From Octopus bimaculoides (taxonomy: Eukaryota), in the NCBI RefSeq assembly GCF_001194135.2, contig NC_068990.1, positions 25,091,752-25,155,751 on the forward strand: 64,000 nucleotides of DNA, given 5' to 3'. Both the position numbers and the translations under genes were made by a program. Every line of letters starts with the position of its first letter. The stretch's first letter is position 1. Below, piece by piece: positions 43,501 through 55,964 of this stretch. The notes under the pieces were generated by a model. The model was not told the DNA's origin and did no database searches. It saw only the letters and a list, made by a program, of their open reading frames with translations.

Positions 43501-46500
43501 AATTTTCTGTGAAACGGCTTCTTCTAGTGTAAGTTCTTCTCCTGTAGTGGTGTTCAGAACAGCAGTCACATTTACATGGCGAGCTGTACCTTTTTGAATG
43601 TCACATTTCTTAGGTTTCTTCATATCTGCAACTAAGTTTTTCTCAATAGCTTCGGATAAGTGCATGGTTTCTCCTGTAGCTGTATTCTTGAACAGATTAT
43701 TCTTTGGATCTAAAATACCAGCATTTATGGCTTCTTCTGAAGTTAAGTTTTTGCCAGTTTTAACGTCTTTTACAATGGTTGAAGAACTCAAAGATTTTGC
43801 AGTTGGAACATCTGGTGAGACTGGAGTAACTTTCACTAAGCCTTTTGTCACAGCCTGCTGGATTGGCAGACGTTCTCCAGTAATTTGATCGATCATTTCT
43901 CCCCTCTGAGGGTCAAACAGTCCAGCTTTCACAGCTTTATCAAGGGGCAAAGTTTTACCAGAACGAGTATCCACAACATCTGTGATTTGGATAGATTCTT
44001 GTTTTTCAGGTCTAACCACAAAATTTCCTGCTGGTTCGACAGTCATTACCAAATCTTTCTTAATAGCTTCTGACATTGGATATATATCACCAGTGGTTTT
44101 GTCTCTGTAACTGCTTAAGTTTTTATCAACAATGTTTTGTCCTATAGCTTCTGTTACAGTTAGTTGACGTCCAGTTTGAGGATCAACAATAAATTTAATA
44201 GGAGGCAGAACATCAGTGGTATCTTGTTCACTTTTACAATAGCCCTTCTTTACTGCTTCAGATAGAGAAATCTTCACTCCATTTTCATCAGTATAAGTAC
44301 CACTTTCCAAACATATAAGGTCCTTTTTACTAGCATCTTCAATGGACAAAAAGTCTTTCAGTTTAGGGTCATAAACAGATTGAATTTTCAATGTTTTTTC
44401 AGAGCCAGGGTATGTCAAATCAGCAGGAGAACCCTCTGCTGAGCCTTTCACCAAACCCTTTTTGTATGCTTCAGCCAATGCCATATGTTCTCCAGTGGAT
44501 TTGTTTAAAAGAACACCATCAGAAACATCAACCAAACCTTTCTCTACAGCATCACTGATAGGAAGAACTGTTTGTGTGACAGGGTCAGTCACATGACTTA
44601 TTGTAATTGATTGTCTTTTTGTGACGGTCACATCTTTCTTAGGATCCCTTGGTTGAGAGCTAGAAAACTGATCATCTGTTTCTTCTGTAGAGATGTAGCC
44701 TTTACTGAGAGCTTCATTTATGCTCATGCGCTCACCCGTCTTTTGGTTTGTGAATGTTTCTTTTTGTATATTTAATATGTTCTTCTTTACTGCTTCAGTA
44801 AGCGGCATCTTTTCTCCTGTATTTGGGTCTAACACAGAAGAAACATGGACATCTTTCTGCTCAGAGAATGAAACTGCAGCAGTGTAGCCCTCTTTGGATT
44901 TCTCCTCTCTTGATACAAGATTGTCAAGTGTGTTGCCATGGACAAAGCCAGAACTAAGGGCATTGACCAGAGAGAAAGTTTGTCCAGTGACAGGATTGTG
45001 GTAACTTCCATTTTCAACATTAACAATATCCTTGTCAATCGCCGTCTTTAGATCAATATAATTACCAGTTGAAGGATCAAGTACTTCATCAATAGACAAT
45101 TTATCAATCATCTTGATTGTTATTTTACTTGATGCACGATTATCTACCGGTGTTTCTTGTAAATCACCATTATTAATTAAATCATGCAATGTCTTTTTGG
45201 TTTTGTTACTGGGATCAACAAAATGTCCAGTAGCATCGATTAAATTTTGGTCAAATGCTTCTTGTAATGTGTAGGTACGACCAGCAATATTTATAGACCC
45301 TGATGTTGGGAAAATATAACCAGAGTCAATAGCTTCTTTAAGTGTGATGGAATTTCCTGAGAAAGGTATTTTGTACATTCCTGTGTTAGAATTCAAGAAC
45401 CCACTTGATATTGCCTCCATCAATGTCATTGCATCTTCAGAGACAGGTGACACTTGTTTAATTTTGACAACTTCAACCACATTAGGTTCAACAATACTGC
45501 CCTTCGTTGCTTCAACCGTAACTGGAATAGCAGGAGATTTTGTTTTGCTGGTAGATTTTCCTATTAATTCCTTTCCTTTATCAAAAAGCATTTTCCCAGC
45601 AATAACTGGAGCCCCAGCAATACCAGCCACAGCAATAAGTCCAACTTTGGCAGCATCCTTCAAGTCAAATGCTTTATTTCCCTCAATGAATTTACCACTG
45701 GTTTTATCAATCTTTCCTTCTTTCCAACCATCTTGGAGAGTTAACATTTTCTCACTCTTTAAGTCATAGATAGCAGTCTGGTCGTTGATGAAACCTCGAT
45801 CAACTGCTTCTTGTAGAGTCATAGTTTGTCCTGACATGGAGTCTGTGAACTTCCCAGTGTTAGGATCAAACAGACCAGCATCAATGGCTGTAATTAGGCT
45901 CATTTTGGAGGAAGGTTCTGGTGAGGTTTCAACATCAGCGCTAGGGTCAATAAGTTGTTCTCTGATAGCATCTAAAATTGCCATCCGAGATCCGGTCTTA
46001 GGATCTGTGTATTTATTTTCAGCTAAATCAATAAAACCTTGGTTAAGAGCTTCTGCAAAAGAAAGTCTCTTGGCCAACTCATCAGTGTTTTTAGTGCCCT
46101 TCTGCCTTTTTACAACAGCTTCAGGGGTGATGTCAGCTGGGCCTTGCTCTTTGAACTGTTCCCCAGTTGACAATGCCATTGGCTGATGGACAAGTGTTGA
46201 TTCTGGAGTAGTCATTGGATAAGTTTTCATTGAGACATTAGAAACACTGTCTTTCGTTACCTTTTCATATTTATGAAGCTCTTTTGGCTCCACCACACTG
46301 TCCTTATCAGAACCAATAAATCCATATTGAACAGCAGTAGAAAGTGTCATTGTATCTTTGGTTGTTGGGTGAGTAAAAGTCCCATCCTGTTCGTTAACCA
46401 AACCAAGATTTATGGCCTCATCTAAAGTATATTTTTGCTCATTAAATAGATTTTCAGAGAATTCTTTGCTTGATTCTGCAGAATCTTTTATGTCCATTCC

Positions 46501-49500
46501 TGTAGATAATATCTCATCAGGAATCAAACCCTCCAGAAGAGCTTCATGCAAAGGTATCCGCTCACCAGTCACAGTATGGATAAGTTCACCTGTGTCAGGA
46601 TTAAGAACTTTTCCATGCATTGCCAACCTCACAGATAAAACAGTACCACTTTTGGGATCAATTATAACAGATCTATCACAGTCGATCACTCCATGGTCAA
46701 CAGCCTCCCGAATGGACATTGGTTGACCATTCATTGGGTTGATAATTTTACCCAATTCATTTATGAAATGGCTACCATGAACAGCATCATTTAAGGTCAT
46801 TGGTAACCTAGTTGTGAAGGAAGCTGATTGCTTCACATGTGTTCCAGACTGAGATATGGTACAACTTTCTCTCACATTAACTGTCTGGTGGAATTCCTTA
46901 GTATTAGTTGTCAGAAGTTCTGGCTCAGATCGTTTGGTCTTTTTCGATTGTAAGGCACTAGCGATGATGTCAGTGGGCAATTTTTCCCCAGAAATTACAG
47001 CTAATTTCTGTGCAGTTGCTATATCAAGAAGTCCTTTATGTAAAGCTTCAGTTATTGTTAGTGGTTGATTAGTTTTGATATCGGTTATTCTGCCAGACTG
47101 CCAGTTAATGTTGATGTTCTTGGAAAATGGAATTTGTTGGGGAGTACGCTGCTCAGCCAGATTTTCTATCAAATCACTATTGAGCAGACCTTTCTGTACA
47201 GCTTCAGCAACAGTCATCTGTTTCCCGCTTGAAGAATCAAATACCAAACCATTTTCCCAATCAATGCTAACATTTGAACCATCTTTGAGAACCACATTTG
47301 GATAAGAAATTACTTGGGATGAATCCCTGTCAACAGGTTGGATTTGATTACTTGAAGCTGGGAGAGATGATATGCTAATAGTTTCACTACTAACAGTTGA
47401 TGTGCTACTCATAAAGACTGACTGACTTACACTCACTCCTTGTCCGGCAGGGTGGGTGGGTCTTATCTGGTCATCAGGTTTAGCATATATTATTGTTGTA
47501 GTTGGTTTATCATAAGAATCCCCTTGAGAAGTTGGTTTATCATAAGAATCCCCTTGAGAAGTTGGTTTATCTGTTCCTATTATTTCTTTAGAATAATCAG
47601 GGTATTTATCTTTCTGTTGCATATCATTTGTAGCAGAAGGTGACTGGAAACTTTGTGGTACTTTCGGTGAAGATGGTTGTTGACTTTTCTGTAATATGTC
47701 AGTTGCAGAAACAGGTGGCTGACCTCTGTCAGGCACATCAGTTGTAGAAGGTAACTGATCACTCTCTGGTAGAACACCTCTCTGTAGTACATCAGTTGTT
47801 GACAGTGGGTGTCCTCTCTGTGGCATATCAGTTGATGGTAGTTGACCTCTTTGTGGGCTATCAACTGTTGGTAGGGCTTGACCACTATGTAGTGCATCAG
47901 TTGTCAATGGTGGCTGACCTCTCTGTGAGACATCAGCCGCTGATGGTGTTTGATCTCTTTGTGAGATATCAGCTGTTAGTGGAGCTTGACCTCTCTGTAA
48001 TGCATCAGTTGCCGATGGTGGCTGACCTCTCTGTGGGACATCAGCTGCTGATGGCATCTGACCTCTTTGTGGGACATCAGCTGTTGGTGGGGCTTGACCT
48101 CTCTGTAATGCATCAGTTGCTGATGGTATTTGACCTCTTTGTGGGACATCAGCTGCTGATGGCATTTGACCTCTTTGTGGGACATCAGCTGTTGGTGGGG
48201 CTTGAGNNNNNNNNNNNNNNNNNNNNNNNNNNNNNNNNNNNNNNNNNNNNNNNNNNNNNNNNNNNNNNNNNNNNNNNNNNNNNNNNNNNNNNNNNNNNNN
48301 NNNNNNNNNNNNNNNNNNNNNNNNNNNNNNNNNNNNNNNNNNNNNNNNNNNNNNNNNNNNNCCGATGGTGGCTGACCTCTCTGTGGGACATCAGCTGCTG
48401 ATGGCATCTGACCTCTTTGCGGGACATCAGCTGTTGGTGGGGCTTGACCTCTCTGTAATGCATCAGTTGCTGATGGTATTTGACCTCTTTGTGGGACATC
48501 AGCTGCTGATGGCATTTGACCTCTTTGTGGGACATCAGCTGTTGGTGGGGCTTGAGCTCTCTGTAATTCATCAGTTGTCGATGGTGGCTGACCTCTCTGT
48601 GGGACATCAGCTGCTGATGGCATTTGACCTCTTTGTGGGACATCAGCTGCTAGTGGGGCTTGACCTCTCCGTAATGCATCAGCTGTTGATGGTGGCTGAC
48701 CTCTCTGTGAGACATCAGCTGCTGATGGTATTTGATCTCTTAGTGGGACATCAGCTGTTGGCGGGGCTTGACCTCTCTGTAATGCATCAGTTGTCAACGG
48801 TGGCTGACTTCTCTGTGGGACATCAGCTGCTGATGGTGTTTGACCTCTTTGTGAGACATCAGCTGTTGGTGGGGCTTGACCTCTCTGTAGTACATCAGTT
48901 GTCGATGGTGTTTGACCTCTCTGAGGCACATCGGTTGTTGATGGTAGTTGGTGGCCTTTCTGTAGCACATCAGTTGTTGACGGTGGCTGGCCTCTCTGTG
49001 GTACATCACCTGCTGATGGTGTTTGACTTCTCTGTGGCACATCAGCTGTCGATGGTGGCTGGCCTCTCTGTGGCACATCAGTTGTTGGCTGATCTCGCTG
49101 TAGCATCTCAGATGTTGATGAAGGTATCTGCTCTCTCTTTGATCTATCAGATTGTTGATCAGGGCCCGATGATGGTAATTGACTTTTAGATTGCGATCTG
49201 GTAGATGTCTTTTCTTGAGCATCTTTAGCAGACTTTTCATTAATTTTATTCTTAACAGCATCGTAAATAGCTTTACCAGCAAGAGCAGTACCTATAATTG
49301 GTGCACCTACAGTTGCTAGCAGACCAAGTTTCACAGCTTCTTTGGCACTTAAAGTTTTATTGCTTGAAGAATCAATCACCTCCCCTGTCTGTTTGTTGAC
49401 AAGATTTCTTTGAATTGCAACAGATAAGGGGACAGTTTCTCCTCTTTCACTGTCATAAACTTCAAACTTTGACCCACTTGGAAGATCTTCTGTGATCACT

Positions 49501-52500
49501 GATTTAACTGGAACAGTTTGTTTTGTTTTCGGATCATATAATCCCCCAGTTTCTGGATCGTACATGCTTTCAACAATCTTATTTTCAATAGCCTTTGTCA
49601 GAGGAAGTTTACATAAATGTTTAGTGTCTGTTACTTCTGCTGTCCGCTTATCTACTAATCCTCGTTTTAAGGCTGAGTCAAAAGGGAGTCTCTCAGAAGT
49701 TGAAAGATTTTTTACTGTTGTAAAGTCAGTAGATATAATATTATCCCTGATGGCTTCTTCAAGGGTGAAAGTATGGCCTAGTTTATCAGAAAATAGTTTA
49801 GTCTCAGGATTAAACATTCCAAGAGAAACAGCATCAATTATATTCACTGGTTTCAAATCTTGAGCACTGCTAAGACCTTGTAAATACTCAAGAGTTTCAA
49901 TATCATTTACTTTACCTGTTTGAGGATCGAGTTTATTCATTTTAAAGCAGTCTTCCAGTGTAAGGGTCTGTTTTCCTTGAACATCAAGGATAGCAACTTT
50001 GTTGGGATCTATCACATTCTGATCAATAGCTTCCAAAAGAGTGATTGGTTTTTCCAATGAAGGGAGATTTACTAAACCAGTTTGTGGATCAATAAACCCT
50101 AATTTGATTCCTTCAGCATACGAGAACCCAGGTGTAGGTTCTTCAGGTTGTCTCTCTGCTGAAAATGGAGTTGAAAATTTGTCATCTCTCTTCTTTGTTA
50201 TATCGACTTCAATGTTAATAGCTTCTGTAGCAATTGACTCATTCTCAAAAGGACTAGATGTAGTTAGTTCTGATTTCTCTAACTTCATATCCACTTTTGT
50301 TGGAGACCTTGGAGAAAGGATTTCAGTGTTTGATTCCCCAAAATCTTCTTCAAACTTGTTCTCATCTTCAGTGATGTTTAGTTGCGAGATGTCAGTTGTT
50401 TTGGATAATTTTATAAAACCTTGATTCAGTGCATCATTAAGACTCAACCGTTCATGTGAACGGGAATCAAAGAATACTCCATTGTCAACATCAATTATGT
50501 TTTCTTTTATAGCTTTTGATAAAGACACCTCTGCTCCAGTTCTAGGATCAATAACTGATGTTACTTTATTGAATGGAAATTCAGGTGACTCAGCCATGAT
50601 GGAACTTTTCAATATATCTTCTTCCCTTTGCTGTGAAGTGACTTCTCCATGAATAAGACCCTTTTCCAGTGCTGTTGTGATGGACATGTTCTCTCCAGTT
50701 GATGGATTTGTATAGAGGCCTTCGTGTAGATTCAGCACCCCCCTTTCAACAGCTTTGTCATAGGAGACAAGATCCATGGTGAGTGGATCAACAACACTAG
50801 TAATACTTAATGTGACAGTTTGTGAAGACACATCTTCAACCATTGTACTTTCAAAGGCTTCTTCATCTTCAGTTATATGGATACTACTTATTTCAGATCT
50901 ATTGTTAACAGGAGCTCTTGTTTCTTCAGTAAATAGTAATCCTTTTGGAATAGCATCTTCAAGAGACATCTCTTCTTTTGTTAATGGGTTTATGTACAAT
51001 CCTTTAGAATAATTTAATATACCATCTTTGATAGCTTCATTTACTGATATCTTCTTACCAGTTCTAGGGTCCACTACAGCAGAGACAGTCATGGTGGTTT
51101 GTTTTGTTGTTATGATCCGATTTCCTTCTCGTTCAACATTTGGTGTAACAAATGACAATTCAGCATCAATGAGTTTCTTTTCAATTGCCTCAGTAATCAT
51201 GATTTTTTCCAAGGTCAGAGGATTGACATAAAGACCACGGGATTCATCAATGATTCCTTCGTGAATTGCTTCTGCTACAGTCATAATTTCATTTGTGACT
51301 GGGTGGACCACACTCTTTAAGTTGAATGTCTTTGTTTCCCGGATCCAATCTGGTTTAATGGACTTTGGCACAGTACTTAAGTCTTCAGCAATAACAAGAC
51401 CTGCTTCAATTGCTTGACTAATGGGGATTCGACATTCTTTATTATCTTTAATTCCTACATATTGTCCTCTGTCTTGATCAAGGATTCCTAATTGTATTGC
51501 TTGGCTAACAGATAATTTCCCTTTGGTGACAGGGTGCAGGACGCCAGTTATTGAAAAAGCGACAGTTTCTTTAATGGGTTCTTCAGCCACTGTAGGTGGC
51601 TCCACTGTATATTCTGCAACTATGTAACCTTTTCTGATTGCTTCATTTATAGGAATGTTATCACCTGTTGTGGGATCAGAAAATAAACCTGAACCTAAAT
51701 CAATGAGACCTTTATTGATGGCTTCATCTACGTCAATAACTTTTTTAGATTTAGGGTCCACCACAGATTTGATTGACATGTTACGAACTTCAGAGATGAC
51801 GGCTTTGACAGGTTTAGTCAAAGCTATTTGAGTGAAGGTATAGTTCTGAGCTGATTTACTAATAAAAGCAGATTCCACAATGGAATCATTAGATTTCAGA
51901 GATTCTTGTGGAGTTCGTATCGTACTTTCTGTTGCACTAGAAATCGCAGTTTTCTGTTTCTTAGGTGTTCTCTCCATTGTTTCATCTAATTCATCAATGC
52001 TGCTTTTGATAAACTGTCCGGGGACATTACTGGAAGGCCACTCTGATGACAAACGAAGTAATTTTCGGTAGATGGCATCCTCAATAGTCATAATTTCACC
52101 TGTATTAGGGTCTTTAAATGTGCCAGCTTGCTCTGCAAGAAGACCTCTGGAAATTGCTTCAGAGATTGTGATAGCAGTGACAGGTGGTTTTACTTGATCA
52201 GACGACACACAAGTTGTAACAGTTGTAGAAATAATTAATGGACTTATTAATTCTAAAATCATCTGAGCCTTTTCTGGTGAGAGAATATTTTCAGTAACTG
52301 CATTCTGTAAGGGTACCATATTACCAGATTTGTCTTGAATATTTCCAGACTGAATATCAATCATACCAATGTTTATGGCTTCAATCACTGACAGTTTTCT
52401 GCCAGATGGATCTTCAAGTAATTTCTTGGTCAAATTCGAGGCTATTTCTTCATCAAGGAAACCATGTTTGGCAGCATTCATTATTGAAAGCTTTCTTCCA

Positions 52501-54266
52501 GTTTGTGAGTCAACAAACTCACCTTGTGTTGTTAAAACTCCGTTCATTAGAGCTTCATAGACAGACAGCAAAGATCCAGTGTTACTGTCTAGAATAGTCT
52601 TAGGTGGGAATGACACACACTCATTGGCAATTTTAATATGACCTTCCTTCAAAGCCTCTTGTATAGAAAGTGGGTGTTCAGCATCTGGTATTAAAACTTG
52701 CCCTTTGTCATTTAAGATTCCTTTCTGAAGAGCATCTTTGATGGAAAATATGTCATTAGTCTTTGTAATTATCAAACTTTTAGAATCAGTATTGATAATT
52801 CCCTGGTTGACAGCGTTAGCAAAGGAAATAGCTTGGTTACTGACAGCCTCAAAGATCAAACCATCTTCATTGAGGTTTCCTTTTTGAATGACATCTGATA
52901 AAGACATAGGTTGAACAAGTAATTGTTTACGTTGTGCTTCAGATAAGCTCATCCATTTCCCAGAGCTGGTTTCCAGGAACTGTCCTGATTGTGGGTGAAT
53001 GATTCCCTTGGACACAGCTTCAGTCAAAGAAATCAGAGGAGTTGCTCTCGCTGCACGGATTTCCTTCAGCGAAGGATTTATATAACCTTTCTCAACTGCC
53101 TCAAGTATTGTCATTTCTTGACCAGAAATTGGATCACACACTTTGCTCTTCAGTTCATCAAACATACCCTTCTGAAGAATTTCTGCCAAACCGAGAGCTT
53201 TGTCTGCTCCTGGGAAATTTTGAAGACCAAAATGAGCTTGTGATTGAGTAATTTCACTGACAGTGATGTCGGGGCTAATACCAAGCAAACTTGGTAGCTT
53301 TTGAGAAATTAAACCTTGTCCATATGCATCTTTTACAGGAATCATTTCTCCAGTCAAAGGGTTTGATACTTGGCACTTTAGTGGATCCAAAAGACCTAAC
53401 TTGACAGCATCTATTAGTGTGTACTGTTGGTTTGAATTAGGATCAACAAGGCCACAGGGTTGGTGCAGTTGCTGGAATAAAGTTGAATCTAAGTAACCTT
53501 TATAGACTGCTTCTGACAAACTTATTTTGGCTTTTGTTAGAGGATCAACATACGTAGCAGACCTCGTGTCAATTATACCTTGTTGGAATGCTTCATATAA
53601 ACTGACTTTCATCTGGCTCTGTGGGTTTACAACTAAACTCTCCAAAATACTACCATGTGTTGTCTCAAGTTTTGTTTTGGCAACGCTTATAACGTTTTGG
53701 ACATTTTTCACAGGAATCTGAGAAATTTGCATTGCATCACCTTCAACATGTACATCACCATTCAATGGTGAAGGTTCTGGCATTTCAGAAATATTTGATA
53801 AATGAGTATCTTTAGCATCTCGACTAGGTCTGTGCATTTGTTTTATGGAGGTTTTAGTTGTCGAGACAAATGTGCTACTTGTGTATGTTGCTGAAGGCTG
53901 ATTGGATGCTATGGTAGTTGAAGAGGAGGAGGAAGAGCTCATGTAGCTAGCAGGAATACTGCCAAGACTATCAAATTTATCAAGTTGCTGAAAGAATCCT
54001 TGCATGTCTTCATCAACAAGCATTGAAGAACGTTTAGCTAGTTCAGCACGGAATGTTCGAAGCAGTGGTATATTCTCATCAATCACCATTTGAAACTAAA
54101 ACAAGACAAAACCAAAATGTAAATAAGGGAAATAAAAGAAGAAAAAGAGTTTTTTTTTTAATTCAACGATTCCTCCCCTCTTCCCTAAAAAAAACAAAAC
54201 AACAAAAAAGTGTTTGAGAAGCAATACACATGCATTCACATGTTCACTAACAGCATATATACATAC

Positions 54267-54302
<36 letters not shown>

Positions 54303-55920
54303 ATATATATATATGTATCTGCTGCATGTACATTGTACATATATTACACATATATTCAATGTTATTGCTTTAAATCATTTTAGTACTAACTTTTCCATGC
54401 TTGTATGGGTTAGAAAGAGTTTATTGAGGCAGATTTTCTACAGCCAGATGCCCTCTTAGTTGCCAAACTTAACCTGTTTCCAAGCAAGGAAATATTTTCT
54501 CATGACCAGACATGATTTTGCAGAATGTTGATAATGAACGACATTGTTTGTAAGACAGTAGCACTCGTGTACTATCATGCAATGTCAAGACAAGGAGACA
54601 CAAACATACATGATGGGCTTCTTTCAGTTTCCTTCTACTAAATCCACTCACAAGGCATTGGTCTACTAAGGACTTCAGTACAAGCCACTTGCCCAAGGTT
54701 GCCATGCAGTGGGACTAAACCTGAAACCATGTGGCTGGGAAGCAAATACTAGCATAGCTCGAGTGTATGCCGCCTGGGGTGGCCCTTCCGTTTTCCACCC
54801 CTGGACCCCACAAAAACAATTATTGCCTACAGCAGACCCAAAAGTGGTGCCCCATTAAAAGTGTCACTCGGGGTGGACTGCCCCTACCGCCCCTTCCCCT
54901 AGCTACGCTAGTGGAAGCAAACTTACCAAACCACACAAGCTACACCTGTACATATGTTCACATGCTTACCATGATGATGAGGGTTCCAGATGATCCGATT
55001 AACAGAACATCCTGCTCAAGAAATTAACAGGCTGAGTACTCCACAGACACGTGTACCCTTAACATAGTTCTCTTATAGGGAAATTCAGTGCGAAACAGAA
55101 TGTGACAAGGCTGACCCTTTGAATTACGAGTACAACTCATTTTTGCCAGCTGAGTGGACTGGAGCAATGTGAAATAAAGTTTCTTGCTCAAAGACACAAT
55201 GTGCTGCCAGGATTTGAACAAATGACCTTACAATCATCAGCCAAATACACAAACCACTAAGCCACATGCCTTCAATACACATATAAACACTGGAAATATA
55301 TTTACATGTTCACACACAGCACATATATTACACATATATTCTCATATATCCACAGCAAATACATCTTTTTACATGTTTACACACACAAATATTTTAAAAA
55401 TAACTTAAAAGTAAGATTCACTTACTTTCATATCAACATTAGCTTCAGACAAAATCGAAGTGATGTCTTTCAGCCGGTTATTAGTCCATTGAACCATATT
55501 CATATAGGTAGTATTGAGCAAGTCCAGTTCTTCTCGGATAGTTTCAGCTCCATTTGGCTGGTCAGTACTTTGTTGTACATTGGTCTGTGATGAAAGCAGA
55601 CTGTCTGCATATTGCTTCATTTTCTTGTCATAAATCTACAAAAAAGTGGCAAAGAGGAAAACTAAATCAGTCCCAGTGAAAATAGGAGACACAAATTAAG
55701 TGTAGAACAGATGTGGTGTTGTTCAAATCAGTCAAAGAGAGACTTTTGTGAAACTAAAAAGACTTTGTGGTATTTTTAGGTTATGAAAAAGACTTCATAT
55801 AACTAGAGAGAGAGTGGTAGAGAGAGAAAGAAAGGAGCAACTAGAGGGAGGGGGATTCCATAGAATGGGAGACAAAGAGACTTTGTAGAACTAGAAAGAC
55901 AAACTTGGTAAAGAGAGAGA

Positions 55921-55964
<44 letters not shown>

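Noticed and set aside
48207-48361. Apparent frameshift in exon A (pseudogene?)
   Set aside because: The shift falls exactly in an estimated-length N-gap, and both sides are fully open.
47720-49092. CRISPR-like regular array
   Set aside because: Contiguous units without unique spacers, eukaryotic context, in-frame coding.
47796-49189. Long plus-strand and alternative-frame ORFs (HQLLMVFDLFVG..., HQQLMSHKEV...)
   Set aside because: They are shadows of the stop-poor 36-nt repeat, with no splice or start context.
31933-53721. Many 60-145 aa plus-strand ORFs over the giant exons
   Set aside because: Antisense shadows of a long coding frame; no recognisable domains.
53700-53735. SQIP as an EB1-binding SxIP motif
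   Set aside because: Lacks the basic, Ser/Pro-rich flanks typical of functional SxIP motifs.
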